A DNA stretch of 64,000 nucleotides from Gemmatimonadota bacterium (GTDB lineage Bacteria > Gemmatimonadota > Gemmatimonadetes > Gemmatimonadales > GWC2-71-9). The notes under the pieces were generated by a model. It had not been told where the DNA came from, searched no databases, and worked only from the letters and a program-made list of their open reading frames with translations. The stretch covers positions 32,001 through 96,000 of the forward strand of contig JBDHKN010000001.1 of the NCBI GenBank assembly GCA_039586365.1. Direction: 5' to 3'. A program made the position numbers and the translations under genes. Shown here one piece after another: positions 1-10,529 of this stretch; the stretch's first letter is position 1, and each line of letters opens with the position of its first letter.

Positions 1-24
1 TACGATGATAGTCTGGCTGATGGC

Positions 25-54
25 TTGACATCCGGGCTGTTTGCCCCACAAAAT
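25..54 (+). promoter_or_regulatory. Putative sigma70 promoter of the cold-shock gene
   Basis: TTGACA at 25-30, 18 nt spacer, CAAAAT at 49-54; about 70 nt upstream of the csp start. Confidence 0.4.
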
Positions 55-125
55 AGCAGTCCGGCCGGTTTTCGAATGGCTGGAATGTCGCACCGCAATT
101 CAAATCGTTTGCAGGAGAGATGTAC

Positions 126-329
126 ATGCCGCGGGGTAAGGTTAAGTGGTTCAACGATGCGAAAGGGTACGGGTTCATTGAGCAGGTCGAGGGGGGGGAC
201 GACGTGTTCGTCCATTTCTCGGCCATTCAGGCGGACGGGTTCAGGACACTCCGGGAAGGTCAGGAAGTGGAGTTCGAGTTGAGGACCGGTGACAAGGGGC
301 TGAACGCTCAAAATGTCGTAAGGGTCTAG
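126..329 (+). CDS. cspA: Cold-shock protein (CSD)
   Basis: [15 protein letters not shown] and DVFVHFSAI (RNP1/RNP2); SD AGGAGA at 113-118 favours ATG 126. Confidence 0.95.
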   Translation: MPRGKVKWFNDAKGYGFIEQVEGGDDVFVHFSAIQADGFRTLREGQEVEFELRTGDKGLNAQNVVRV

Positions 330-349
330 GCCCATTCTGCTTTGTGAGT

Positions 350-382
350 AGCCCCGCCTTTGGTAATTGGGCGGGGCTTTTT
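350..382 (+). terminator. Rho-independent terminator after csp
   Basis: AGCCCCGCC...GGCGGGGCT stem followed by a T run. Confidence 0.85.
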
Positions 383-402
383 CTGAGGCTATCTTCCGGG
401 GT

Positions 403-3159
403 ATGTCTCCCCCGGACAAGCTGCGGCTCTTCCTCGTAGACGGCTACGCGCTGATCTACCGGGCGTTCTTTGCGATGATGGATCGGCCACTACGCACAAG
501 TCGAGGTGAAAACACGTCGGCTGTGTGGGGTGTGGCGAACTTCCTCCACCGCCTTCTTGAGCAGGAGGGACCCAGCCACCTGGCTTGGGTACATGATGCT
601 GGAACGTCGTTTCGAAACGAGGTCTTCCCCGATTACAAGGCGACGCGGGAAAAGCTGGACGAGAATCTCCAGGAGGATTTTGACCGTTCTGTCGTGAGAA
701 TCCAACAGCTCTTGCATGGGTTCAGAATTCCCTTGATCGCTGTTGCGGGTTTTGAGGCGGACGACGTGATCGGAACGCTGGCTCGGAAGGCCTCTGAAGC
801 CAGCGTGCAGACCATCATCGTCTCGGGTGACAAGGATTTCTACCAACTCATCTCGAGGGACATTTGGGTGCTCAACCCGGGTAGGGGGGGTCCGGCACCT
901 GTCAGTGAGAGTCTGGTCGGCCTTCCGAACGCGGCAGAACGTTTCGGGGTTCCGCCAGACAGGGTGGTTGATTATTTGGCGCTCGTGGGTGACTCCTCCG
1001 ACAACGTGCCCGGCGTAAAGGGGATTGGAGACAAGACTGCCCGTGCCCTGATCGGGCAGTACGGAGATCTGGACTCGATCTTGGCATCTGCCCAAGACGT
1101 GAAAGGCAAGAGGGCTCGAGAGGGATTGCTCCAGTACGCCGACCAGGCACGCCTGAGCCGCGAACTCGTGACGATCCGCCGTGACGTTCCTGTGGAGCTG
1201 GATCTCGCTTCTCTCAGTGTGCGCGAGCCGGACAGGGAGGCTCTGAGCACATTGTACGCCGCCCTGGAATTCAAATCCCTCGTCCGTAGGATCGGTGAGC
1301 GGCGAACCAGAGCTACTGCCGTCACGACAGAGGTCAGTATCCTTCGGAGTCCTGCGGAGCTCCCGGACGTCGTGCGCCAGCTGCGTGAAGGCGGCCTAGT
1401 TGGGCTTGAGGTCGCAGTAGAGTCGCCCAGTGCACGGTGGAGCAGGATCGTAGGTCTTGGGCTCGCCCTCGGGGACGGTCGCTGTTGGTACCTTCCGCTG
1501 AGTCATCGGCTGCCAGATGGAGAGCTGTCGGCGGACGGCCCTCCGATCAACCTGCCGGGTCCCAACGAAGCGTCGATGCGCCCAATCAAGGAGCTGTTGG
1601 AGGACCCGAGCGTCTCGAAAGCAGGTCATGACGTAAAACGGGCGTGGCTGTACCTCCGTGCTGCTGGAGTAAATCTGTCGGGAGTGAGGCACGATTCCAT
1701 GCTTGCCAGCTTCGTGCTCGAGCCAGGTCGCCGATCCGACGCGCTGGAAGAGCTCATGCAGGAGCACCTCGCCATCCGACTGCAACCGTACGAAGAATTG
1801 GTGGGCAAAGGGAAGTCTCAACGCCGATTATCGGAAATCGGAGTGGCCCGGGCCGCGGGGTACTGCTGCGCAAGGGGTGCAGCCGCGCTGCAGCTACTGG
1901 CCTCCTTCGATGCGAGACTCGACGAGACCGCAGGTCGCGATTTACTGGACACTATCGAGATACCACTGATTGGCACCCTGGTTGATATGGAATGGAGGGG
2001 TATCGGAGTTGATTTGAAGCGCCTCTCGGAGATTTCGCGGCGGTTTAGCTCCGAGTTGCGGGAAATCGAAGAGTCAATCTACCGGGAAGCAGGAGTCGAT
2101 TTCAATATCAATAGTACGCCGCAACTACGGCACATCTTGTTTGAGAAGCTGCAGCTCCCAACGCTCAAGCGTACCAAGACGGGGCCATCCACCGCTGCTG
2201 ATGTCCTAGGGCAGCTTGCAGCGATGGGCTTTGAGGTTCCGCGCCTGCTGCTTAGCTACCGAGAGCTGAGCAAGCTCAAGTCGACCTATGTCGACACCCT
2301 GCCTTCGAACGTGGCCCCCCACACCGGCCGTGTGCACACGAGTTTTAATCAATCGGGCGCGGCAACTGGGCGACTGTCTTCGTCTGACCCGAACCTCCAG
2401 AATATTCCGGTGAGAACTCCCAGAGGAGAGTCGATCCGTGAGTGTTTCGTTCCTGCCGGAGGATGTCAGTTCATTGTGGCGGATTACTCGCAGATAGAAC
2501 TGCGAGTGCTGGCGCATCTCTCCGAGGACTCTGCGTTCATCGAGGCGTTCAAGCGCGGCGGTGACGTCCACCGCGAAACGGCAGCGGTCATTTTCGACGT
2601 GCCGGTGCACCTAGTGACACCGGAGATGCGAGCACGCGCGAAAACGATCAATTTTGCCACTATCTATGGCCAGGGGCCGTTTGCACTGGCTCGCCAACTA
2701 GGTGTCACGCAAGATGAAGCCAAGGAATTCATCCGGCTGTACTTCACGCGGTTCGCGGGCGTAAGGCGGTTTCTCGATGAGCTGATAGAGAACGCCCGGC
2801 GGGACGGCTATGTCGAGACCATGTTTGGGCGCCGCCGCTACATACCAGAAGTCAAGGATTCGGACTTCAACGTTCGTGCCTTTGGCGAACGGACCGCCAT
2901 GAACTCGCCCATACAGGGCTCAGCGGCTGACCTTATGAAGATCGCCATGGTCAACCTAGCCAGGTCTCTATCCGAGGCCAGGATGGAAACGGCGATTCTG
3001 CTGCAAGTGCACGACGAGCTGGTATTGGAGTCGTCCGACAGCGAGATCGAGCACGCCTGCACTATCGTTCGGAGAGAGATGGAACGTGCGGCTAGTCTCA
3101 AGGTTCCTCTGGTGGTAGATGTGGGGGTCGGGCCCAACTGGCTCAAAGCGAAAGCCTAG
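403..3159 (+). CDS. polA: DNA polymerase I
   Basis: 5'-3' exonuclease (LVDG..YRAF, EADDVIGT, GDSSDNVPGVKGIG) and Pol A motifs DYSQIELR, KTINFATIYG, QVHDELV; start placed at ATG 403. Confidence 0.97.
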   Translation: MSPPDKLRLFLVDGYALIYRAFFAMMDRPLRTSRGENTSAVWGVANFLHRLLEQEGPSHLAWVHDAGTSFRNEVFPDYKATREKLDENLQEDFDRSVVRIQQLLHGFRIPLIAVAGFEADDVIGTLARKASEASVQTIIVSGDKDFYQLISRDIWVLNPGRGGPAPVSESLVGLPNAAERFGVPPDRVVDYLALVGDSSDNVPGVKGIGDKTARALIGQYGDLDSILASAQDVKGKRAREGLLQYADQARLSRELVTIRRDVPVELDLASLSVREPDREALSTLYAALEFKSLVRRIGERRTRATAVTTEVSILRSPAELPDVVRQLREGGLVGLEVAVESPSARWSRIVGLGLALGDGRCWYLPLSHRLPDGELSADGPPINLPGPNEASMRPIKELLEDPSVSKAGHDVKRAWLYLRAAGVNLSGVRHDSMLASFVLEPGRRSDALEELMQEHLAIRLQPYEELVGKGKSQRRLSEIGVARAAGYCCARGAAALQLLASFDARLDETAGRDLLDTIEIPLIGTLVDMEWRGIGVDLKRLSEISRRFSSELREIEESIYREAGVDFNINSTPQLRHILFEKLQLPTLKRTKTGPSTAADVLGQLAAMGFEVPRLLLSYRELSKLKSTYVDTLPSNVAPHTGRVHTSFNQSGAATGRLSSSDPNLQNIPVRTPRGESIRECFVPAGGCQFIVADYSQIELRVLAHLSEDSAFIEAFKRGGDVHRETAAVIFDVPVHLVTPEMRARAKTINFATIYGQGPFALARQLGVTQDEAKEFIRLYFTRFAGVRRFLDELIENARRDGYVETMFGRRRYIPEVKDSDFNVRAFGERTAMNSPIQGSAADLMKIAMVNLARSLSEARMETAILLQVHDELVLESSDSEIEHACTIVRREMERAASLKVPLVVDVGVGPNWLKAKA

Positions 3160-3232
3160 TGGGTTGTGTGGCAGGCCCGGTGGGCGGCATTATTCGAACG
3201 GAGTCAAGGGCTGGACGGAGAAAGGAGGCCTG

Positions 3233-3616
3233 TTGAAGAGCCCAGGTTTTACCTTTGTGGAACTTCTGGTCACCATGGCCGTCATCGGTGTCTTGGCATC
3301 CGTGGCACTCCCGCAGCTTCAGGGCTTCCGCAGGCGAAGCATGGTTTCAACCATGCAGGCTGACCTCCGTACCTTCGCGATGCATCAGGAATCCCATTTC
3401 TACGATACGTCAACGTATACAGACGACATGGTCGTGTTGAGGACCAAGGGATTCCACACCAGTCCAGAAGTCACTGTCATCGTGAATGAAGCGACGTTTC
3501 TCGGGTGGGCGGCTACCATGAAGCACGCTCAGCTCCTGATTGAGTGCTACATGTTCGTCGGGAATGCTGCACCGGTCGGAGCTGCAGTTTCAGAGGGGCA
3601 GATAGCCTGCGGTTGA
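3233..3616 (+). CDS. Type IV pilin-like protein with prepilin cleavage/methylation motif
   Basis: G|FTFVELLVTMAVIGVLASVALP; SD AGGAGG at 3223-3228 before TTG 3233; C-terminal Cys pair. Confidence 0.85.
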   Translation: MKSPGFTFVELLVTMAVIGVLASVALPQLQGFRRRSMVSTMQADLRTFAMHQESHFYDTSTYTDDMVVLRTKGFHTSPEVTVIVNEATFLGWAATMKHAQLLIECYMFVGNAAPVGAAVSEGQIACG

Positions 3617-3957
3617 GGATTGAATGGCGCGAGTTCGAGCGTCGCCGAGAGGGCATGATTCACGCTCTCGACGGCGGTCTTTGGCTGCATCGATTTGCGC
3701 TGTGGGGCGAGGCCATGGCGCACCTCGTGTCGTCGAACCGCGAGCTCCTCCTAGAGGCAGGCAGGCTACTCGGCATGAAAGAGCGCTGGTTGCAGTACAA
3801 ACCGCTCAGGCACCCCCGCGCCGGAAGGCGAGTCGAGGCGTGGCATTGGGATCTCAGAGGACCGTATCTGGAAATGGGCTTGCGGCTTGCAGCACCCCGG
3901 GTTACAGCAACTACGTCTGCCGCGTCGCCCCGCCATCCGGAACTGACGCCGCCCTAA
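3613..3957 (+). CDS. Small conserved hypothetical protein (DUF4031-like)
   Basis: TTG overlaps the pilin stop (TTGA); AHLVS...ELL...LGM...WLQ...WHWDL pattern resembles DUF4031. Confidence 0.55.
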   Translation: MRIEWREFERRREGMIHALDGGLWLHRFALWGEAMAHLVSSNRELLLEAGRLLGMKERWLQYKPLRHPRAGRRVEAWHWDLRGPYLEMGLRLAAPRVTATTSAASPRHPELTPP

Positions 3958-6214
3958 CACCAGGCCACCAATTCCACCTGCCGGCGATGTGCATGATCGC
4001 CGGCACTAGTACCATTCGGATCAGAGTTGCATCGAGGAAAACGGCCACCGCCAAGCCGAAACCCATCAGCTGAGCGGCCAAGACTCGGGAAAAACTGAAT
4101 ACTCCGAAGACGACAATCATTATTGCGGCTGCCGACGTAATGACCGACGCAGTTGCTGTCAGACCCTCCATCGTTGCCTGATCGTTTCTACCCGACCTGT
4201 CGAAGGCCTCCTTGATGCGAGCCAGCAGGAAGACCTCGTAGTCCATGCTGAGGCCAAAAACGACTGCAAATACCAATACCGGAACTACAACGTAGACTGC
4301 CTCAGTAGGTCCATCCAGGCCGAACAAACGTGCCCCGACTCCCTGTTGGAAGACCAGGACGGTAACGCCAAATGCCCCGCCGACCGACAGGCAGTTCATC
4401 ACCACGGCTTTTAGCGGGACGAGTATCGACTGAAACGCGATGAACAGCATCACCGCCGTGATTACCAAGACCAGCGCGACAACCAGGGGAAACCGTTTCA
4501 GTAGATCGTCCTGCAGGTCGACGCTGGCAGCTGCAAACCCACCGACCAGAACCTCGACGGAGTCGAGGCCCTGGATGCCTGATTGCGCAAGGCCCCTGAG
4601 ACGCCGCACGACGTCCATCGAGCTCGTGAAGGAGGTTGAGTCGGCAAGTAGCACGTCCATCAGCGTTGTGCGGCTGTCGCTCGACAGATACGCGGAGAAG
4701 AAATCAGGAGCCCGTGCTCGGGCCGTTTCGTCATTGCTGTAGAGCATCGCATAGCGCAGAGTGGACATGCCGGGTTCGAGGTCGACCACACTGCGCACTT
4801 GGGCGACGCGGGGATCCACTTGGATGGAGTCCGACAGCCGTTTCAGCCCACGCAGATACCGGGCTCCCACTACCCGTTCGCCTGCAGGTGCTTGGAGTAC
4901 GATGCGCACGGGCTGCAATGCCCCTCGTGCCCCAATCTGCTCGAGTGCCTTGACTCCTTCGGCCGACTCGGTGTTTTCGGGGAACCAACGGGACCGCGGT
5001 AGTCCGATCTGGATGTTAACGAGCGGCCAAGTGAACAAAGCGATGGCCAGCATTCCCATCACAATGGCACGCCACGGATGCCGCGCTAGCCAGCGGGCCC
5101 AACGTTCCCAGCCGGTCGGTGCGTGGTACCAAGCCAGCCTGCGCGCTAGCCAGTGCGGAACGTCGATGGCCCGTCCTAGATATGACAGTGCAGCTGGCAA
5201 CAACGTGACCGACAACAACACGGCAGAAGTCACGACTAGGAGTCCCCCGATCCCAACCGAGCGGGTCTCTGAGATAGGGGTGATGAGGAGGGAGGCAAAA
5301 CCGACGGCAACAGTAAGCCCGCTGGTGACCACCGCGCGTCCTGCTGTGGCAATGGTCCTTGCTGCAGCGTCCTTGGCAGTACGTCCTCGGTTCAGTTCCT
5401 CGCGGAACCGCGTGACAATCAACAATGAGTAGTCGATCCCGACGGCAAGTCCGACCATAGAGACAATCGTCAGCACGAAGACCGACATGGCGTGAAACGA
5501 AGTGGCGATCTGAACCAGCGCCAAGCTGCAGGTGATGGCCGTCATGCCAATGATGAGCGGTAACGCAGCAGCTACCAACGCTCCGAAGGCAAGGATCAAT
5601 ATCATGCCCGAGAAAGGCAACGCCTTCCGCTCGCCCGACTCCGCGTCCTCCTTGCTGACCGTGCGCACGTCGTAGTCGAGACCTGGACCACCGGTCACGT
5701 TGATTCTGTACTCGTGCGACCACGGCAGCCGGCTGGCTGACGTGTGAATGGCATGGCGGAACTCGACCACGTGGTCGGTGGGACTCACTCCGACTTCAGA
5801 CTGCACGGCTGCTATGAAGAAAGTTGTCAGCCGATCGTGGCTGATCAAATTGGAATCCGGTGTGGTGAGGTAGGAAACGATGCGGGTGATATAGGGAAGC
5901 GTGTCGACCGCGCCCGTCAGTGTCTCCAACAAGGTGCGAGTGGGTGTACTGTCAATCGGCAAGGGGCCTTCGATCGTGACGACGAAAAAGTGGAGAATGG
6001 GTTGGGGGAAGGCCTCGAGAATGAGTGCCCGCGAGCGGCTCGTCTCGGATTCTGTCAGTTGCTCACCTTCGACCTGAAGTGCCTCGTCCACCCGTGAAGC
6101 TCGTGGCCACGCCAAAGCGACCGCGACCGACCAGAAAACCAGAATCGCGGCCCGAAATCGGATAATCGAGCGGGCGGGGAGAGCGATCAAACTAGATGCT
6201 CCGCCCGGGCCCAC
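3911..6214 (-). CDS. MMPL (RND superfamily) transporter
   Basis: Two TM repeats with GLAVGIDYSLLIVTRFREEL and FGLSMDYEVFLLARIKE; DATLIRMVLVPA..GRWNWWP. Confidence 0.93.
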   Translation of the reverse strand: MGPGGASSLIALPARSIIRFRAAILVFWSVAVALAWPRASRVDEALQVEGEQLTESETSRSRALILEAFPQPILHFFVVTIEGPLPIDSTPTRTLLETLTGAVDTLPYITRIVSYLTTPDSNLISHDRLTTFFIAAVQSEVGVSPTDHVVEFRHAIHTSASRLPWSHEYRINVTGGPGLDYDVRTVSKEDAESGERKALPFSGMILILAFGALVAAALPLIIGMTAITCSLALVQIATSFHAMSVFVLTIVSMVGLAVGIDYSLLIVTRFREELNRGRTAKDAAARTIATAGRAVVTSGLTVAVGFASLLITPISETRSVGIGGLLVVTSAVLLSVTLLPAALSYLGRAIDVPHWLARRLAWYHAPTGWERWARWLARHPWRAIVMGMLAIALFTWPLVNIQIGLPRSRWFPENTESAEGVKALEQIGARGALQPVRIVLQAPAGERVVGARYLRGLKRLSDSIQVDPRVAQVRSVVDLEPGMSTLRYAMLYSNDETARARAPDFFSAYLSSDSRTTLMDVLLADSTSFTSSMDVVRRLRGLAQSGIQGLDSVEVLVGGFAAASVDLQDDLLKRFPLVVALVLVITAVMLFIAFQSILVPLKAVVMNCLSVGGAFGVTVLVFQQGVGARLFGLDGPTEAVYVVVPVLVFAVVFGLSMDYEVFLLARIKEAFDRSGRNDQATMEGLTATASVITSAAAIMIVVFGVFSFSRVLAAQLMGFGLAVAVFLDATLIRMVLVPAIMHIAGRWNWWPGVRAASVPDGGATRQT

Positions 6215-6371
6215 TTCCCACCCGAAGTCCCTGTTGACAGCTCCACTGTAGGACTATTCACACATCCTGAATGTTGCGATTTGACAAGGGTTTAAATGAT
6301 AGAAGGGGTGAGCCCAAGATGCCAGATATACAAGGTGGCGGCTCAGTCTGTCTACCAGCGATATTAGGCAG

Positions 6372-7097
6372 ATGAGAAGCTTATTGGCTGCAATCCTGAT
6401 CGTACTGGTGGGATCGTTGGCAGTCCATTTTGGGCGAGGCCTTGCTGGTGACAGGCGGGAGGATCTGCCCGGGCTGATTGAGGAGCCAGGGCACCGCACG
6501 GGCACCGACAGCGACAGTGTCAGAGAGGCCAGACGATCACTACGCAGCCGCATCGAAAGATCGGGTACGTATCTTGGCCACACTCTGGGTGAGACAGACT
6601 CGCTCCTAAGGCGCTGGCGGGTCCGCACCGGGAGTCCCCTGAGCGTCCATTTCGTACCCGCCACGGTGTCTGGCTACACCCAAGGACACGGACAGGCAGT
6701 GCGCCGCGCCTTCAGGCGTTGGGAGCGTGTCGGTGCCGTTCCTGTGCTGTTTGGCTTCGTGCGGGACTCGGCTAGCGCTGAGGTGATGGTGCGGTGGATC
6801 GAGTCGTTCCCGATTAGAAGATCCGGTCAGGCGGAGGTGATGTGGGACCAGGAAGGCTGGATTCGATCGGCGACCTTGACGCTCGCGACTCATTCGCACG
6901 AAGGCCGCTTGGTGTTGCCGGAGGTGGTGTATGCAGTCGCGCTGCACGAAATCGGCCACCTGCTGGGTTTGGGGCACTCAGATGACCCGGGCGACCTCAT
7001 GTACCCGACGACTTCCGTCAGGGACCTGACTGCGCGCGATAGGCAGACGGCTAAGCTGTTGTACGCGTTGCCGCCAGGCTCGGTAGGCAATCGCTAG
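6372..7097 (+). CDS. Matrixin-family (M10) metzincin metalloprotease, secreted or anchored
   Basis: HEIGHLLGLGHS zinc motif, Met-turn LMYP, hydrophobic N-terminus. Confidence 0.9.
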   Translation: MRSLLAAILIVLVGSLAVHFGRGLAGDRREDLPGLIEEPGHRTGTDSDSVREARRSLRSRIERSGTYLGHTLGETDSLLRRWRVRTGSPLSVHFVPATVSGYTQGHGQAVRRAFRRWERVGAVPVLFGFVRDSASAEVMVRWIESFPIRRSGQAEVMWDQEGWIRSATLTLATHSHEGRLVLPEVVYAVALHEIGHLLGLGHSDDPGDLMYPTTSVRDLTARDRQTAKLLYALPPGSVGNR

Positions 7098-7121
7098 TAC
7101 CCTGAACCGAAGAGTTGGAGG

Positions 7122-8585
7122 CTAGGGCAGCGGGGCGCTGTCCACGGCTCGGGCGATCAGATAAGCATACTCACCATAGCGCGCGAGGCCGCTGAAGGGA
7201 AAATCCTCGGCCCACTCATCAGCTGGGTGGTGGTAGTATCCCCACCTCTTGCGTAGAGTCTCTGAACTGTCCGCGGTAAGACCCTCAAAGGGATCCGGAC
7301 CAGGCACAACTGAGACTCCCGGGACTCCTTCGCGAACGAAGGGGTAGTAGTCAGAATTGGCACGTGGCGGCGATATGGTCACACGCCAACCCCGCTCTCT
7401 CGCAACACTGATTGCGGCGGCACCCAAGCCAGTGGAGTCCACTCCCGCAAGACGCCAGCTGACTGGTGACCCTGGCGGAGCGCCAGCATCGATGTTGATC
7501 ACCGCCATCGTCCGTTCCAGGGGCCAAAGTGGGTGCGCCACGTAGAAATCGGAGCCCAGCAGTCCTCGCTCCTCTCCTACAAAGAAGAGGAAGAGAGCTG
7601 ACTCCCGCAGCGCGTGTGAGGAATCCCGGGCCATGGCCTGAGCCATCGCCAGCAAGACCGCGACGCCTGCAGCGTTGTCCGAATGCCCGTTGTAGATTGA
7701 GTCTCCCGATGAATCCGGAGGGCCGACACCCAGGTGGTCGTAATGAGCGCTGAATGCAACGACCGTATCTCGGGCTGCCTGGTCGAGCCCCGGTAGCAGG
7801 CAAGCCACGTTCTCGGCGGTCCGTGGCCGCCGGTTGACTGCGATCTCAAGCGACAAGTGCCAACCGAGTGGGCCAAGCGGTCGCTGGTCTTCGGGTGTGA
7901 GCGTTACGCTGGCCAGCAGCGGGTGAAGTGCAGGCGCTGCGATGATCAAGGGAATCAGCGGTCCGAATGAAGAATTGACGGCTGGGTCTGCGTTGTACAG
8001 TCCAATGTCATCAAGGCTCAGACGGTGCAGCCTGTACGTGCGCTCGTCGCCTACGAGCTGAACAATTCCCACGGCACCTCTTTCGTGGAGCAACTCGGCT
8101 GACTCAATGCTCGTTAGAACGCCAAGGGTAACCGCAACAGCGCCCGCGAGGGGAACATGAGCGAGTGTTGTGTCGGCAATCTCGTCCGTAGCCCCGACGA
8201 ACACGGCGGGTCCTGCGATTGGACCCGGCGAAACCCCACTGCCCAAGTAAGCGACAAAATCGGAGGGGTAGTCGAAGCTGATAGTGCGTCCTAACCGTGT
8301 CGCAGTGAGCCTAGCGCCGGCGCCGATAGTCACCTCTTCAAGCGGTATCGGTTGAGCATAGTCTGGGCTGATCGATGCGAGACCGAAGGCTCGGCACTGG
8401 CTGGCGATGTAAAGGGCCGCGACACTGGCACCCTCAGTCCCCGTACCTCTCCCGACCAGTCGGTCATGGGAGAGGAAGTAAGTGTGGGCTCGCAAGGCAA
8501 GTGTGTCGATCAGCACCTGTGCCTTCAATCCGGGGACCGGAACGAAAAGGCTAACTGCGAGTATCGAACAGCAGAGTCGTGACAT
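7122..8585 (-). CDS. M28 family peptidase with PA-like insert
   Basis: SAHYDHLG, DNAAGVA, EERGLLGS, NID, SDYYPF, YHHPAD; signal peptide from ATG 8585. Confidence 0.9.
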   Translation of the reverse strand: MSRLCCSILAVSLFVPVPGLKAQVLIDTLALRAHTYFLSHDRLVGRGTGTEGASVAALYIASQCRAFGLASISPDYAQPIPLEEVTIGAGARLTATRLGRTISFDYPSDFVAYLGSGVSPGPIAGPAVFVGATDEIADTTLAHVPLAGAVAVTLGVLTSIESAELLHERGAVGIVQLVGDERTYRLHRLSLDDIGLYNADPAVNSSFGPLIPLIIAAPALHPLLASVTLTPEDQRPLGPLGWHLSLEIAVNRRPRTAENVACLLPGLDQAARDTVVAFSAHYDHLGVGPPDSSGDSIYNGHSDNAAGVAVLLAMAQAMARDSSHALRESALFLFFVGEERGLLGSDFYVAHPLWPLERTMAVINIDAGAPPGSPVSWRLAGVDSTGLGAAAISVARERGWRVTISPPRANSDYYPFVREGVPGVSVVPGPDPFEGLTADSSETLRKRWGYYHHPADEWAEDFPFSGLARYGEYAYLIARAVDSAPLP

Positions 8586-8639
8586 GTGGGACCTCACGCA
8601 TGAGACGCCTTTGGTGTTTACGTTGACAGCAGTAGAATA

Positions 8640-9797
8640 ATGGTTGCCAACATGGCCTTGATAGCCGCAGTTGTCGCATGCCTTCAGGTGGGTGCTGCCG
8701 CCCAGATCGGCCAGGCGGTCGCCGAAGGCATTCAGGCGGGCGCTTTTCCGGGAGCGGTAGTGGTCGTGGGTACCGGCGACAGCGTGCTGTTGGCGCAGGG
8801 CTATGGGCATTTCACTTGGTCTCCCGAGAGTCCTGTTCCAGACTCGGATAGCACCCTGTATGACCTAGCTTCCCTGACAAAAGTGGTCGCAACCACGCCG
8901 TCAGTCATGCGGCTCGTTGAGGAAGGACGGCTCGATCTCGCAAAGCCCGTCGTACAGTACCTCCCAGGATTCGTTGGGGCAGGCAAAGAAGCCGTGGCTG
9001 TGCGCAGGTTGCTTGAGCATCGTTCGGGCCTCCGGGCATTCCTGCCGCTCAATGAGTTGGCAGACCAGAGTGCCGAGGCGCGCAAGTTGGTCGAAACCGA
9101 GGCGCTGCGCTGGCAACCAGGGGCGCGGGTGGTCTACAGTGATCTCAACTCGATGCTACTCGGATGGATTGTCGAGGCCGTTTCGGGAAGTGTGCTCGAG
9201 GAGTTTGCGACCGCAGCGGTGTTCCAACCGCTCGGCATGACGCAGACTTTCTACCGACCTTCGCGCGCCGATCGACAGCGGATCGCTCCGGTAGGCCTTT
9301 GGCGGGGACACGTGATCGCCGGTGAGCTGCATGACCAGAACGCGGTCGTCTTGGGAGGAGTTTCTGGCCATGCAGGGCTGTACAGCACGGGGATGGATCT
9401 CGCTCGATACGCTCAGATGTACTTGAATGAAGGTCGCAATGCGCGTGGTGTTCAGCATTTCTTACCGCAGACTATCCGCTCTTTCACACAGCGGGGGCCG
9501 GGAAACCGAGGGCTGGGATGGGAGATGCGGGACACAACGGAGGAAGCGAATGCAGGCCGGCTGCTGAGCAACAGCGCTTTTGGCCACACCGGCTATACGG
9601 GAACCTCGATCTGGATCGATCCGGTTCGGGATTTGTTCGTTATTGTGCTGACGAATCGTGTATTCGCTCCGCGCACGGGGCGTTCAATTAGCATCTTAAA
9701 GCGTGTCAGGGGTCGCGTCGCGGATGCTGCAGTCGCCTTGCGGTCGGAACAGTGTTCCTCCGCTGTGCTGGCTGCAAAGACCCGGAGACGATGCTGA
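8640..9797 (+). CDS. Serine hydrolase, beta-lactamase class C-like
   Basis: ASLTK (SxxK), YSD, GHAGLYST, FGHTGYTGTSIWIDP. Confidence 0.92.
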   Translation: MVANMALIAAVVACLQVGAAAQIGQAVAEGIQAGAFPGAVVVVGTGDSVLLAQGYGHFTWSPESPVPDSDSTLYDLASLTKVVATTPSVMRLVEEGRLDLAKPVVQYLPGFVGAGKEAVAVRRLLEHRSGLRAFLPLNELADQSAEARKLVETEALRWQPGARVVYSDLNSMLLGWIVEAVSGSVLEEFATAAVFQPLGMTQTFYRPSRADRQRIAPVGLWRGHVIAGELHDQNAVVLGGVSGHAGLYSTGMDLARYAQMYLNEGRNARGVQHFLPQTIRSFTQRGPGNRGLGWEMRDTTEEANAGRLLSNSAFGHTGYTGTSIWIDPVRDLFVIVLTNRVFAPRTGRSISILKRVRGRVADAAVALRSEQCSSAVLAAKTRRRC

Positions 9798-10171
9798 GCG
9801 AAGGGAGAGTCGGGCGAACCGAACGGCCCCCTACCAAGCCAACACTGATCTACGACGGCAACTGTGACTTCTGCGATCGATGGGTACGGCGAATGATGCG
9901 TTGGGACCGCCGGAACTCGGTTCGCTACATTCCGCTCCAAGATACCCGTGCCCAGGCAGTTTCCGGTCGAAGTCGCTGGGAGCTTGAGCAAGCCGCTCAC
10001 TTGGTTTGTCCTGATGCAACGGTACTCGCCGGTGCAGCGGCTGTCAGAGAGCTGTTAGCGTATTTGCCAGGCGGCTGGATTCCTCGAGCCATTCTGAGCA
10101 CTCCTGGAGCGATGCCGTTGGCTGCAAAGGCATATGCGTGGTTGGCGCGTGAGTACGGGCCAGTCTCCTGA
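9791..10171 (+). CDS. DCC1-like thiol-disulfide oxidoreductase (DUF393)
   Basis: LIYDGNCDFC (DxxCxxC). Confidence 0.85.
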   Translation: MLSEGRVGRTERPPTKPTLIYDGNCDFCDRWVRRMMRWDRRNSVRYIPLQDTRAQAVSGRSRWELEQAAHLVCPDATVLAGAAAVRELLAYLPGGWIPRAILSTPGAMPLAAKAYAWLAREYGPVS

Positions 10172-10229
10172 GCGGCCTGTCTGGTGGCTAATTTGTGGTC
10201 AGCTTGACGGGTAGAAATGGAGAATAGCC

Positions 10230-10529
10230 ATGTCGGCAACTGTGGATACGATCAAGGACGCACTGCGAAGTGTCAGGGATCCGGAGCTGGGATTCAACAT
10301 CGTCGATTTGGGTCTGGTCTATTCAATTGACATAGATGCTGGCAACGTCAGTATCCACATGACACTCACCTCACCGGGATGTCCCGCGGGAGGACAGATC
10401 ATGGGTGAAGTGGACGCGGTCGTGCGAGACGTGGAAGGCGTGAGGGACGTGGACGTTGAGCTCGTCTGGGAACCGTTTTGGAGCCCGGAGCGGATCGATC
10501 CGAAAGTGCGGGCGTACCTGGGATTCTAG
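10230..10529 (+). CDS. Metal-sulfur cluster assembly factor (DUF59/SufT-like)
   Basis: DPELGFNIVDLGLVY, TLTSPGCP, LVWEPFWSPE. Confidence 0.92.
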   Translation: MSATVDTIKDALRSVRDPELGFNIVDLGLVYSIDIDAGNVSIHMTLTSPGCPAGGQIMGEVDAVVRDVEGVRDVDVELVWEPFWSPERIDPKVRAYLGF

